A stretch of 64,000 nucleotides of DNA from Pseudovirgaria hyperparasitica (taxonomy: Eukaryota): assembly GCA_010093815.1 (NCBI GenBank), contig ML996589.1; one strand, given 5' to 3'. The notes under the pieces are model-generated. The model was given only the letters and a program-made list of their open reading frames with translations, was not told the DNA's origin and ran no database searches. Shown piece by piece: positions 14,401 through 29,016 of the stretch (position 1 is its first letter; each line of letters begins with the position of its first letter). The position numbers were made by a program, and so were the translations under genes.

Positions 14401-16748
14401 AGTCGGAATCCGTCTATACCTAGCCTAGGCGGTAGTATTAGATCTAGTAACTAATATACTCCGTGGCGAAGGTAAGGTCAAGCGTAGACCCGTCTTCGTT
14501 CTATTTATATTTTTTCTATATAACTTATTCTATAGGTATAAGTAGGTATAGGAAGTCATAGTAGCGGGTGCGTAGTTCCCTTACTCTAAGTTCTTCCCTA
14601 ACTACGGCTAGGCCTCCCTACTATTAGTAGTAGAGGTTAAAGTCTCCTAGGAGAATATATTACCCTAGTTCCGTAGTACCCTCGAGTATCTCGTCTAGTA
14701 TAAGTACACGTTATTAGTTATATATATTATATATATATAGGGGGCCTATATCTATTTATAGGTGTAGTATTATCCTAAGGTTATCGCGCTTAGTATATAA
14801 CTATAATAAGAGTAGTATTAACCTATAAATATAGAAGAGGACTCGTCTTTCTAGTCCTAGAGGGTATATAGTATAGTATCTAGGGTGTGTGGTTAGTTTA
14901 CTTATCTAGTAGTATTTATAGGGTTTCTAGATAGCGAGTATTATAGCCCCAGACTCTTCGAGGAGCGTCGCCTAGTTCTCTCTTTTATATTATATATTTA
15001 TCTATATAATTTAGAGTATATTCTAGTCCCTTATTAGGTACTAGGGAGTATATATATCTATATACTTATTCCTTAGAGGCGCGACTATCCTCGCGCGGTA
15101 GCGGCTTTAACTATACCTTTTAGTCGTCCTATTATCTTTAGAATAGTCTACTATCCCGCCTAACTACCTTCTAGAGGGGAGGTTAGGGGTATTATAAAGG
15201 AAGGGCCCGTGGTAGGTATTATATTCTATAACTATCTCGCGCCTCTTACTTTTATCATGCGAATATATTCTATAATCTATTTACGTTTTATATACGTTAA
15301 CGACTATAATAGATATTTCCCGTCGTAGTTTAAACACTATACTATATCCCTATTTCTTAGTCCGTCTCCTCGCGGTTTATAAGGGTACTCCTAGATAGCG
15401 TGGTCCCTACGGTACTATCCGCACTTAGTCTTCTATAAGTACCTTTATATAGTATGTCTATACCCTTAATAGTTAAAGTACTATATTATTATCTATGCCC
15501 TATCCTATAGCTCGGCTATAAGGAGCTCTCCTTCTACTAGGAATCTCTCCTATATAATATATTATATAAGGGCGGGGTCTCGGAGCTCTATAATTATAGT
15601 AGAGTGTTTTTTCGCCGTCGACTTAATCGTCTATAGGTTCTTCTACCACGCTTTCACGATCTTAATCCCTAGGTATTTTTATGTATTAGATTATTCTATA
15701 CACGTAATATCCTCCGCTCCGATAGCCTATCCCCGTATAGATACTATATATACTATAATTAGGTATATAGCTACTCTAATAGACGCGCTAGGAAAGATAC
15801 TACCTATTATATTCGGATCTCGTAAGATGTTTTACTACGTAGTATTTATTATAGTAGTAAGTACTACCCCACCTAGCGTAACTTTAATAGCTACGATACT
15901 TAACTATATTCCTTTCTATTTATTAATCTTATTTATAATTTCCTTTAGGGATACCTATTAGACCTACGCTAGCGTATCCTTATCCTAGATTATAATATAT
16001 ATACTATATACTCTATCTATGGTTCTAGTAGTCCTTAGTGCGGTAGCTCCGGGTATTACTATAATCTAAGCCTACGTATTAGGGCGCTTACCTTAGAATA
16101 GCTCTTCCTAGATTCTCCGTAGGCTAGCTTCTATTCGGTTAAGCCTACTACTAGGTTCCTCTCGTGGCGACTTCCTTTCTTCCTCCGTAATTTCTCTTAG
16201 ATTCTAGATAAGGTCCCGGAATATATAAAGGAGGGTCTTCTTTCCCTTCTCGGCGTCCCTCTCTATATATATTACCTAGTATTTAATTTTATCTAGGAGG
16301 GTCTCCCCTCTTAGGGTCCCCTTAGTCTAAGTTATCTATAGCGCTTCGCACCCTTAGTTAGTTCCTATATTTTAGATAGGTGTCTAGCTATCTATATTAA
16401 TATCGCTATATAGCCGTTTCTACTATACTAGTGGGGGTATATCCGGCGTATACTAGGGTATTATAATATCTAAGGCCGCTATAGTTATTAGTTAAGGGTA
16501 GCCCTTAACTAATAAACGGGAGTCGGCGTGTTAGCGGTTATTAGATATAGTCTATACTTATATTATTAAAGAGTCTTCGAGCGTATATATATAGTATCTC
16601 TATACGTCGGTATCGTCGCGTATTATATACTATATATATATATGTGTATCGGAGGTTGTTATACTTAGTATACTCTATCGTTTAATATATGTAAATCGCT
16701 ATTTTACCCCGAATTGACTAGTTTAGTCCGTTAGGGTGTAAGAAGTTT
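11467..16748 (-). mobile_element. Full-length (~5.3 kb) RIP-mutated Tad1-like LINE, copy C (ORF1; ORF2 APE endonuclease + RT)
   Basis: 15-bp TSD tctattatatctata at 11452-11466 and 16749-16763; (TAA)n tail; APE motif LGDFNL near 14633-14650; RT motif GSTISPILFLFF near 13100-13140. Confidence 0.88.
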
Positions 16749-19499
16749 TCTATTATATCTATATATAAATCTATAACTCTAGTACTAAAGAGTCTAATAA
16801 CTCTACTAGAGACTATTATCTATAATTATATATATTTAAATGTAATTATCTAAGCTAATCTCTACTTAGGGAAATTTTCTTCTCTTAAAGATAGCTTAGA
16901 TAGAGAGAATAGGTTAAGTTTAAAGTTAATAGATATGTTTATTATTAATAAGTTTCTTAGGTTCCTTCTCTTTCTTTATATAGGACTTATTCCGACTTTT
17001 TCTATTTATTATATATTTATAAGGAAGGTAGTAAAGGTAAAAGAGGTAGAAGAATAGTATAGAGAACGATATAGAGGATAATATAGAGGCCGAGAGTTAA
17101 TAAGGTAATAGAATTAAAGTAAAACTTTAATAAGGTTAGTATAGAAACTATAGTTTAGAAAAGAGACCTGTTTTTTATTAAAATATAATAGTTTTCATTA
17201 ATAAAGAGGTGTTTTAAGGCTTTTATAGTAAAGTACTAGACTTATAATCTATTATAAGTAGAAAGTAGATATAATTAAGGTTATTAAATATATTCTATAA
17301 TTATATATAGAGAACTAAGTTCTAGGAGATAGAGTCGAAGCTATTTAACCGTTTAGACACTAGTCCCGTTTAGGAAGTAGTGTCTCTTACTTAAAGTGCC
17401 TTCCGATAATAAGTTTCTTTAATCGACTACGCGATTTCGTCTAGCTTTGTTAAAATAGAACTTAAAATTAGACTACTCTTTGAATACGTGCTTTTTCCTC
17501 CGTACGTTAATTTCTAACCTCTTAATAATCTTTAAATCTTCATCCATTCCATTTTAGAGGTTATCCTAGAAAGCTTCCTTATATTTATGATTTTTAAGCC
17601 AAATAGTAGTATCTACTTTGAGTGTAAAGTTGTCGAAAAAGTGTTCTAGATCTTATAGACTTTACATTAGTAGCTAGAGTAGATGGTTGTTTATAAGCAT
17701 GCCTTATAGTTGTTCCACGAGTGTTACATCTACTTGTCGCTCGGCTTAACCATCTATATACATTCCTCGCTATTGATGTAGGGCACTCCTACTAATGTCG
17801 ACCGGAAGTCTCGACCGGATCGAATACTATAATAGGCCTCTCTTTAGGAGTAGAAGGAAGCTATATAGAATGATCTAATGGACTTGAACTTGGTATTCGA
17901 GCGGCATTTCCCTACGACTTAGTGTTTGTAGTAGTTAGGGGAGACGATAACTCGGAGGCTTTAGAGCTCCGAACTGGACCTACACCTCTTCCAACGCATC
18001 CTACAGTGGGACACCAAGTTTCTAATACTATAGGTCGGCGTTTGCCACGACTACGAGCTTTGAAAAGTACCACAAACTCACACTCGGCTGCATGTCTCTA
18101 GGACTGCAAGAGATGGAATCGTGTGAAATGGTTCAGATTGACCAGAGAAATCGAGAGGATATCAAGGTCAAATGTAGTCGTCTGGTAGCTGCTGTGGTTA
18201 CTTAGGCTATCTCATACATGATCTGAGCCGGGCTAGGCTACAGAGTAGTATGCACAGGCGAGGCGTACATTGTTCTTCATGTGCTAGCAGATCCGTAAGG
18301 GATGTACACTGTTCCCTGTCGGTGCCAGAGGTACATGTGTAAATGGAGACTAGATGGACACATTGGATCGGGAAGACCGTTTGCATCTTACTACGGTAGA
18401 ACAGATGCTAACTTTTACACTACTTGCGTTATAGGCGAAGCCGTGGCCTTCGGAGTGGAGAGACGAAGCGCTGGCTGGGCTTCAGACATGGAAGATCGTC
18501 TACCAGGACCTGAGAAGCGGGAGTCGCGAACTCTAGCCAGTGCTCGCACAGTTATGGGATTCTAGTTGCCTACCATTTTAAGATTGACGCGAGCTTTGGC
18601 GCAGAGGTATAGGAGATAAGATGAAGAATTACAAGTGAGAGTATATAGTAGAATCCCTACCAAGTCGTCGATGACAGCGGCGATGAACTCTAACTAGAAA
18701 CATATGCGGACTTTAAGTGTTATAGTAAGAATAGGAGAATATACATCTAGACCAAGTCGTATCTAAAGCGAAATTGACTTTGACGAAAGATTGTACGGGC
18801 TACTAGATCCTCTCCTCTAGTATACACACCCTTTAAGAAAGATAGCTACTTAAATAGAAATGCTACCTTAGCCGTGTGGACGAAATTGAAGGGATGTTCC
18901 GCGATGTTTATCTACGCATCTTAGGAACTAGAATCCTTGAACAAGAATTAACCTAGATAGATATGCAAAGCTCTAGGAATGTACTAACTAGAAATATAAC
19001 TAGCCTATTGATTATTCCATCGATACTTGGTCGGACGAAGAGGTACCATTCCATTATAGTTACCCTAGGACTGCTACCGCTGTTCGTATATATGACTTTA
19101 AATGTTCTCTTCGTTATATAATCGAGGTTAAGATTAAGTTTCGATTCCGACGGAAGTTTAGCGGTAAGCTTGGAGAATTAATAGTATATATAATTTTCTA
19201 TCTGGCAGGAGAATGTCAATTCATTACCGAACCTACATTGTAGATCTCTTGTCCGCTGGATGAGACTTCGATAGCATGCAAACTTCTAACATGAAATGTA
19301 GACGAGTCCTATAAAGATTGTCATGCGGAGTGGGGGTTTAAATGCCAAAGCCTTTGTTAAACCATTTAATAATGTTATTAATAATTTTATCGATGTTTGT
19401 AAGAAACGAAAAATTAGTAGCGTTCATTCTCGTCTCCAATTTTCTTAAGATTAGCCATTATATCTTACTAAATCCACGAACAGTACGATAATGAGAGAG

Positions 19500-20100
19500 A
19501 GCGTGTCTACTTTAGGACTTGGTCTCCTCCTATCACGACTTCTAGAGTAGTATAGCGACTCGACTAAAGCCTTCTCTATGCGTTTACAACCTCCGTACTA
19601 GTATTGAACTTGAATCTAGTTACCTAAAGATTGCTATTCGGGCCAAAAAGAAGGATTTCTATCAGCGATATATCTCCATGTGTAATACTATTCGAGTGTA
19701 AGTACTCAATTGCCTCTTCCATATATCCCGGGTTATTAATAGAGAGTTTGGTGCATGAAGTGAAGTTAGGAAGAGCAGGCCTAGATACTTTTAACCATTC
19801 AGTACATGTAAGGCTGTTTTGGGCTTGAATTACAACAGGCGAGACCAAAAATGTATCCATAGCCGTTAAAACTACTGTTAGGGTACATGCCCCTGCGGGA
19901 TGGAGCAAGGATGTCGGTCCCCTCCCTTACCCTTTCGATGTAAGCCGCATCGATTGGTAGTAGTTTCTTGAGATTAGCGATCCGACAGACCACCCACCCA
20001 CTCCATCAGTCATCGCTAACTATGTGTTTACTAAATACCGCATCTTCGAGGAGTTTTACACACTAATGGAAATCTATGGAAAGGTTCTAAAGCCTCGAAT
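19500..20100 (-). pseudogene. Protein kinase-like pseudogene fragment
   Basis: ORF 19624-19908 contains EAIEYLHSNSITHGDI (subdomain VIa/VIb-like); frameshifts and RIP stops on both sides. Confidence 0.5.
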
Positions 20101-20626
20101 GCACGGGAGCTCCATGAGGCATGTATGGCTGGTAATTTATTTCGATCTGCAAGTGATTATGTCCGGATAGGGGAGCGATAGAAGTCGTTAATAAGGAATT
20201 CTTTTCCTTTATTAGAGGAAGTAATGGATCCGGAGCTACGGTAAGAGGTGTGTTAGAAACGGATTAAGACTATATACCTTTGCCAATACTATTGTCGAAA
20301 CTTTGGGTGCTTGTTAGATTCGCTAAGTAATAGTATGCTATTTAGATGCGAATGTAGGCTAGTAGCAAGACATAAAAGAATGAGTTTCAAGCCACCTAGA
20401 CGTGCAATTTTATAACTAGAGATGGTCGTCTTATCGCCGCATCTTCTATAAGCTAGATGAACGAAAAGCGACGAATGAGTTAGATTAAGAATTGCGTTAG
20501 GAAGTATACATGACTAGATCAAAGGGTAGACGTACCTAGCGCTTTCTGGTACTAGATGGGCATGGAAGCCATATAATCATAGAGTTCCTTAAATTCTACC
20601 GTGTGAAGCTACGTAGAGAATGGAAA

Positions 20627-20730
20627 AACCGTAGACAATGAAAGTACCGTAGACAATGAAAGCACCATAGACAATGAAAGCACCGTAGACAATGGAAGAA
20701 CCGTGTATAATAGAAGTACCGTAGACAATA
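20627..20730. repeat. 18-bp tandem repeat (accgtagacaatgaaagc-like), ~6 copies
   Basis: Direct reading. Confidence 0.8.
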
Positions 20731-23344
20731 GAACGCGTTACTAAGAAAGCTACTTAGAAAGAGTAAGTTAGTAAGTAGTATTAAAAATAGATGATATACT
20801 TACAAATATTTAATTTATATTAATTATAGAAGTATAGAGAAGAGAGAGTAAGAAACTTAATAACTTACTCTAATAGCTATTTAACTGAAGAACTACTAGT
20901 TTAAATTAGTAAACGGGTACGTCTTATATCTTTCTTTCTCTTAATAAGTAGTATATACTATTAGAAGTAGAGGTCTTAGAAGTATCTACTTTCTAATTAG
21001 AACCCGTAGTTCTCTTTTTAAGTGTTAAGAACTTCTAGCTCGGATCTAAGGACCATGAGCCTGATTTGAAAGGTCAACCAAGGCTCATAACTTCACCAAG
21101 GATTCCACGTACCAGACTCTCTAGCCTGCCTGTTAAAAACCTCACAACGTAGCTTCGGATTGCTGCCACGGGCGATTCTAGAACATTATACCACTGAGAA
21201 TATGTTAGAGCGGAAGGACAAGAGACCATGGCCAGGAGGTGTGGCGTATCCGGTTTCGTCATCTAAGAATGGACGTATACGTAGATGTGGACTAAGGAAG
21301 CTAGACGTTACCATCCAAGGCTCACTCAACTCTGCCATCTCCTCATGCAACAGCTCCGAGTCCAGCAACCAAATTGATATAAGCGACTGCGACTGCAAAC
21401 TCGAAGCTGAACCACTTGAAAGCACTTCTCTACTCCCTGTGGCTCCAGGTCCCCTTCCACTATCAAGAGACAGTAGTATAAGTAGCCTTGACAGCTGGAC
21501 GATGAATAATACTAACCGAGAATCATGGGATAGAAACCCTTTAGCTCGCAATATGCCTAGGTCTCCTTCCTAGAAGTCCAACAAAAAGGGTTCCTTAAAC
21601 CCTGTTTATACTTTCACACAACGGATTTTCAGGACTGTTCCCTTTCGTCTTGCATCCTAGCTTCTTCTTAGACCAAGACTAGTAAAGTTTTCGCTAGTCT
21701 TAGTCTTCCATGTAGCAAGTAACAAGTGAAGACACCGTTACAGATATCTAAAGCGAAAGAACAGGATGGTAAGGGAGATCTCCTAGCATAGTCACCGAGG
21801 ATATATCCTGACGATCGCCCAGACCGAACCAAGACTACTTCACTAGATATCAATATCAACCCAGGCATGAAGACCACGAGCACTGATAATGAGACCTCCA
21901 CTTGGACGCTGACTGAAGCGTCAGTCCGTAGTGTTAAAGCATCTCCTTCACTTTGCTCATCCGGTCACTCCTCAAAGTAGAGTCCCGGCTCTGTCTGTTC
22001 CGAATTCCAGGCCCAAAGAGAGGACCGGCCTTGAGAGTTGAACACTCGAAGGCAGAGCACCCCTGAGCTTGATGAATGGCGGTTCCGTTTAAGAAATTAT
22101 GCTCCTGAACGGCCAACCTAAGTAGTAACAATGGACACTTCAATTTATGGCACAGAGGTGTAGAGATCTTCTTATTCTAGGTGGATCTATAGCGCTTTCC
22201 GCCGCGTTACCGCGATCTTACGTGAGGATAGGCTATTCAACGATAGAGTTGTATGATTCGACCCTAACGTGGACACTGCCTAAGTAGGTGATATGATGCT
22301 TCCTGAGCGGATAGTAAGAGCCCCAAGCCGTTAGATCTGCAGGAACGCAAGAAGAGGAAATACATATATTAAGCAGCACGTCTTCGATCCGAAACCTAGG
22401 CTTCCTAGCTTCAGTCCTGTAAGAAGGGTATTCTAGGATGCTCTCGAGGAGGTGCTCAAGGAGGATTTAGAGAACATGAATGATGAATTGCGCGATCCGA
22501 TGATCCTAAGATCAGGCTGAGCGCAGGAACCCATAGTAAAAGGACCAGTATAGACGAGAAGCGCACGATCGCCGAAGCGTTACAAGCAGGAATAGTAAAA
22601 GAATAGCAAGATACTACTGGTAATAAGTACTATATGCAGGAGGACAGCAGCAGCGAGTAAGATGTCGGAAATAGTTCCAAAGTCACAAACCTAACAACAG
22701 CTCGGATAAACATAAATACAAGATACCTATCGTTCCTAGTGTCGAGAGCTCTAGTGATATGCTTCCAACTGGTCCTAGACTTCGCCCATTCACTTAATAC
22801 CCATTCTTACGTGTCTCGGACGTCGTCATTCCGCCTCGCCCAAGACACACAACAAGACTAACATTAAAAATGACATTCATATTCGGCACAATCCCACGCA
22901 GCGTCTCGTACATGAATTCTGGTCTTTGCCAGTGGTATATACCAGGAGCGAGCAGCGGTTGCCCAGAACCAGTGTTGTAAAACACATAGTTGGGCATCTC
23001 TCGCCCCCTCGTGCTCATGCCGCCTTTCCAGCACCTATTCTGCTATGCTATCTTTGGCATGAGGTTATCCCTTAATTAGCCGCCCATTAGTAGGCTTCTC
23101 CAAAGCCTCGCACTGTATTCAGCCAGTGTGGTTTACCAACGTTGATGCTGTCTGTGCAAAACCTTAACACTGTGCTTCCTTCAGCATCAGCACCGGAAGC
23201 TAATGGAAAGGCGTGATAATGAGCCTAGGCACTGCATAGGAGCCATTGATCCTATGAAATCGAACCGAAACTTTGGTAATTCAATCACGTAGCCGAATAT
23301 CATGCCTGCCTGCATATCTACGACATCTATCGTACCATGACTAC

Positions 23345-24656
23345 TCATAGCATTTGCCGTCCTAGAGCTCGTGCAACCTGGCGCTCACGCCTAACACCTA
23401 TGATCTCCACCATGGTTTGCTTATCAACTTTCGGGGCCGTCAGTTCAGGTGTCTGCGACACGAGCCGGGCTCGCTTGGCGACCTCAACACGCATGTCCCT
23501 CAGTTCCTCCTTGACAACCCTCCAGTCCACCCTACACACCTCTAGCTCACCTACACTGCTACTATGGGCCTGTGGCTCCCCGACATGCTTTCCCATCTCC
23601 ATGATATAGTCTGACACCATCTTCTTCTCTAGGTCCTCAACGCGAATGAAATTAGAGGGATATTCGCAGTAGATCCAGCCAGCCCCATCTGGGCAAGAGA
23701 ACGAAGACGGGGTCCATTTCAGGTTTGCCATAGAGGTCAGACCTTTGGGGATAGACAGGAGTTTCGGTTTGCTGGTGTTCATATTGGCCGGTGCTGGCAG
23801 GGTGCGACGCTTAGCTGAGACTGTGCTCAACATGTCATTTGGCGGAGTCATGCGCTTGCGCACAGCTGGCTGGGGTTGCTTTTGTGGCTCCTGGTCATCG
23901 TCGCCTAGCTGGTCGATCAGCCTCTGCCTCTTTCGTGGCTCTTCCACTGTCTGATGGAGATCTGGCTTCCCCGCCTTCGGCGTTTTCTGTTTCTCTCCTG
24001 ATCCACACTGGTTGCCTGGCTTTTCCGTATTCCGTACAACTTCCAGCTTATCTCGTTTCGGCTCGATCTTAGGGTTTCCTGCCACCTTATCAAGCCGCCT
24101 CAAAACCATATCCAGCTCATCGGCCTGAATCTCCAGCTGCTTGGCCATTTTCCCAACCGCTACTTCAAGAGCAGCAATGCGAGCATCTTGGTTCATGTCT
24201 AAAAGGACTCTAGATTAGCTAGGAGTGCACGGAGTGGATGGCATGCCGTACGGGTGCTTTGGCTCGTGGTGACTTGGTCGGGACGTGACGCCATCTGGTG
24301 TTTCGCAAAGGCTGTTTGAACGTGTTAGACGTTTCCAGAGACGACGAAAAGAGTGAGATACCCGTGGCTTCTGCGGCTGCTCTATCCGCCCATTGTACAC
24401 TTCGCTGCGTCTGCGATTTGTCGCGTGTGTCGTCGTCGTCGTCGTCACCTGCAGCTCCATTCGGGGACGTGACTGGCGACTTAGGTATCTCCGCCATAAC
24501 AATATCCAGAGATTCTAATAAGTTTTGATGCGATGGATGAGAGTGTCCAAATTCAGGCGTGTATTTGATATATCGCGGCGCGTCGCGTCGCGTCGAGGAG
24601 TTCCCATCGTTATATCCATGCGTATCATTCATTCTAGCGTGCCTGGTCTTACGCAT
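23345..24656 (-). CDS. Hypothetical protein (orphan family, paralog 1); main ORF 23345-24196, upstream part possibly intron-split or frameshifted
   Basis: 283-aa ORF with coiled-coil N-terminus and core LLSIPKGLxSMANLKWTPSSFSCPDGxGWIY shared with 41058-41510. Confidence 0.55.
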
Positions 24657-25062
24657 CCTTCGCTTGTCTAGATTAGAATTCTATAATCAGCTATACTGAA
24701 ACAAGAACATCACTCGAATAAATTTGATTACATATATTACGATTATCGAAAGTACTTCTTTAAAGTCTAAAGCACGCATTTACGTGCTGTGTCTGTCTAT
24801 ACGTCAACTCCGCCACTCCCAAAGTCGATAAGAGATTGCATCGATATGTCTTACTTAATGTATTTACATTACGATCGGACATTACAGGTCCCGAGTAGCA
24901 CTTGATCTAGGCATGGCAAAACATGTTGCTATCCAGGTATCGTTATACTTGGTCAGGTCTATACCAGACCGTACGTTCCTGAATCCTCTGCTTCGATACC
25001 GTAAGAGTTGCTACGAGCTCTTAGCGTTTATCCTGCCTACCCTATTGTGCATATGACCTAAA

Positions 25063-26119
25063 ATGGTCTTTAAGCTCTATGCCTCCATCATTATCGACAG
25101 GCCGAGCTTCGTGCTTATGTTCCGTCCTGCTGAGAGCTGGAATGCAGGCGAAGAACTAGCATTTTGTGAAGTTGAAAGATATCCGAATGTTATGCACTCT
25201 TCAGTAGTTTGCCTTGCTAGTCGGCATCTTGTCTTAATCGTACTAATACCAGCTAGCTCTACCCTTTGTTTAGGTCATAGTTCTGAAGGTTATTCTGCTG
25301 GACAGTACAGTATGATTATAAAGAATGACTCCGACAGGGGCAGGGTGCCTCTACGGAGCAGAGACGATATGGAGCAGGCGAATTCGCGGTCTTCGCGCAA
25401 TGTCTATTCTCGAGGATGTTCTTCCAGCACAGGTCAAGATATGCTTTCCAAGATGTTTTTTTTAAATGCTTCTCTAGAGACTTCTGAGAATACCTCTGAG
25501 GCCAGAGAGACATGGTTGCGAGAGCGTCCTACAGTGATAGAGTACCAGGATACATTGATGAAAAGACTCGACGCCCAGAGAGAAGAGCACGGAGAACTCA
25601 ACTGGTATAGCCAATGTCATATATGATAGCTACAGTGTATTGCGGTAGGAGACGAAAATTCCATGCGATGGACATGCATGATAGTACTAGCCATGCATTT
25701 AACTAGCCAGGCTCCCGCGCTCATTCATGGTTCAAAGAAGATGATCTACATGAGCTTTCCCTAAGCTGAGTCGCCCTTCACGTAGTATCATCGAGTCTAG
25801 ACTTTCGCAAGTGTCTGTACAGCAAGCTTGACTCATTGCAATCCGGATGTTATTAGACGACTAATGCCAATTGGCCCATCTCTTTCTGACCAGACGCTTC
25901 GGCGACTTATCTGTTCTTCAGTACCTTGTACGCTACATATTCTCCATCCGAATGCAAGTTATTATATGGAGAGGGAGGAGCTGTGGTTTATGTCGGATGA
26001 AGCATGAAAAGACGTTCAGCGCGTCGAATCGAAAATGGAAAGAGGTATATAGTGTGTTGGTTGGCGAAGACGAAGAGTTTGGCGTAGAAACGATTCTTGC
26101 AAGCATAAGAGTGCACTGA
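25063..26119 (+). pseudogene. Decayed hypothetical gene
   Basis: Interrupted ORFs 25063-25626 and 25871-26119; no firm motif. Confidence 0.25.
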
Positions 26120-26544
26120 CTCGAAGTTTGCCGCCGTGAGCTGCTGTCAGCATCAGGAATTTGAAGTTGAGCAGACGCATACGTTCATAACATATCATCC
26201 TTCGGATAACAGCAAGGGAATCTGCCATCGTATAGACGATTCGGATCAGCATGTAATTAGAGGAACGCGAGGCGTGGAGTGTGTCTGCTGCTGCAGCCAA
26301 CGAAAATGGTCTGAAAGACTGATTCAATAGTTGTGTGTACATTGAGATTACCTAGGCAAGTTGAGTAGAGCCTGGAATACGTCGGATGCCTAAGGCTGCA
26401 ACTATAAGCGCGTTATCTACGCGTTAGGAACCACACATAGTTGCGCTGCGATAGATTGATCTACTCGTCTGAATTACTCTTCCCTGGTCCACTCCTTGGG
26501 TCGCCCATGCATTCTCGCATTGCGCCACGTTCCTCTGGTGGCCT

Positions 26545-28450
26545 ATGGCGCGCCCTCGACGTAAACGCCTTGCTCTATCAAAGCGCAGTAAGCTAACCTC
26601 CAATTCGAGGTCTTTACCCCATCACGACTCGGAAGAAGACAGCGAGCTCTCCAGCACCGATAGTAGCTCAGTCCATGGAGGAACGGAGATCACAGGCTTA
26701 TCCGAGACTGACCCCGATTCCGGGAATGACAGTGGTGAAAATGACAATGAAGAGGATGAAGGCGACGGAGCGGATATAACTGATGGTTTGAATGGATCTC
26801 GGACAATGGCCAGTGCAAACAACGACGAGGATTACGACCAAGATGAAGAAGCAGAAGTGAGACCGCCTGCATCGACCGCCATCATGGTGCCGGATGAGGA
26901 GTGGTACAAGAACAACCCCAAGAGGACACCAGGGAACTACCACTACCCGAAAGAGATGATTCTTCATGGCCTACAGATCACCGAACAGCAACTACACAAG
27001 TTTCATATAAAGGCGGCGAGTATATTGAAGGAAGATCCCAATGCACAAGCCAATTATGTTACCGCCGAAGAGACTATTATGAGACGGCTTCCAAGGTCAT
27101 TCAGAAAAGTGGCGTATCAGAATCAATGGGCGCATAGCGCGATTCAGAAGTGGCTTCGGCACACAGTCAAGAGAATTTTAAATCCAAGGTTTTTTCGACC
27201 GATGGGATCAAAGACAAAGAACGGCTCTGGCACCAAGGCCGTCGCGAATTCGGTGAGCCTCACATACAAGTGTTTCGTCGCTTGCTGACATCATGAGTTA
27301 GAGGAAGAGACGGCGCACGCAAAGCCCAGCCTTGTCAGAGCAGATACCAGGAACACGCCGAAGTCGTGGCGCTCGCCCGCAAACATCGCCTGGCAATCAC
27401 CAAACCAGGAATCGAGAACGGCATTCGAGAGCCCACACCGAACAGCCACAAGTCGCCCCGCCAGTGAATTCGAGCCGAGTCGCGCGTCAGAATGTAAGAA
27501 ATAGTCGCCATGAAAACGACCCAAGCATCATCCAACCCGGTCGCGCCAGAGCTGATGATGAACAGAACAGCGCACGTGACAGCAACGACTCCGAGGGGGA
27601 GGAAGAAGAAGAAGAAGAAGAAGAGATCGAGAGAATGCGCCGCCAGAACAGTCAGACTGCGTGGCACGATTCCATGCCAGATGTGACTGGACTATCATCT
27701 CCTATGTTGCTCACCGATGTGGAGGATAACCCAGGTATTGGACTTCCGCTGGAACTACCGCCCATCGTTGAAGACATAACGGAGCCAAATATAGATGCAG
27801 GAGAGACAGCAAAGAGAAGTGCGACTGCTCCAGTGCAATGCCGGTCGCTTGCGATATCTAGCAAAGATACGTCCGAGTATAACATTACTGCTCAGTTTCA
27901 AGTTCTTAAAAACCTCGGCGACACCATCGCTAGTCGCGCAAAAGAGCATCTTGATTTCTCTAACTCCCACCTTGCCACTTACATAACGAAGAAGGCAGAC
28001 CTCGCCACATTAAACATCAGCCTCCGGGCGAAAACGAGTGAACTCGAACAACTGCCGACGGTCGATGGACTACTAACTGAAGGAGACATGTTTGCTAACA
28101 AGTCCGCCTCTGTCAGCCTTTTTTCGCAATACGCCAAGGAAATGGGAGATCTGTTACAAAAAATGAGGCAAACGACTCGCGTAGAGGAGAAATCTCTCAA
28201 CCATCGGATCAATACGCTCAAAGTCGAGTTATCGGACTGCCAAACAAATCTCAAATTGGCCGGTACATTCGCGTTACAAAGCGTGGACGATGCACGCCGA
28301 GAAATCAGCGAGCTTGAGGCCAGCGCTTGTGCAGCAGAGAAACTTGTGGAGCACTTCCGCAAGAATGCTCGCGTGAACAGAGATAGACTTATGGCGTTAG
28401 AAGTAACGCCTGAGCTCGCAGAGGCGAAAGCTGCGACATCCGAAACCTGA
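26545..28450 (+). CDS. Hypothetical ~618-aa protein: acidic/disordered N-terminus, C-terminal coiled coil; one intron 27253-27301
   Basis: GTGAGC...GCTGAC...TTAG intron joins ORF 26545 in frame to ORF 27332-28450. Confidence 0.7.
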
Positions 28451-29016
28451 AATTCGTTGTTCGCCCGGATACTTCTTTGTTACGATCATTTTCTCAACCT
28501 CCTTTATCTAGTAATACTTCTTATATACTTGGGAGCTCTGCCCATCAGAGTGTTGGCCGATATTTTCTTTTCTTTCCTATGTAACATTGCCATGTTCGTG
28601 CACGTTAATCATTGAACTTGGCTTTCAAGAGATAATACAGTTGGAGAATTGCCGGTGATTCTGGCTTGAATAATAAATAAGCGGTAGGCGTGGCCACGGC
28701 ATGCGTCCCTCCCTCAGTAAGTACTCTAGCCACCGTATAGATGTACTAAGATGATATAACGGCAGAGAGATGGCACAATTGCATTATGGCTGCAGCTAAC
28801 GTTAGTAATCTACGCACTTATACATAATAGAACCCCAACTCAATAGATCAAAACACATGTGCCCAATATTTAAAAGTAGCACTGTAAAGTACACACCCGT
28901 AGTGTTGGTAGTACGTATAGAAGGAAAATCTGCCCACTGCCACCAGTTTATGAAGTGATTATCCACCGGCCTCCTTGTAGGTAGTGTCGATAGCACAGCA
29001 AAGCAGAGCCATGTCA

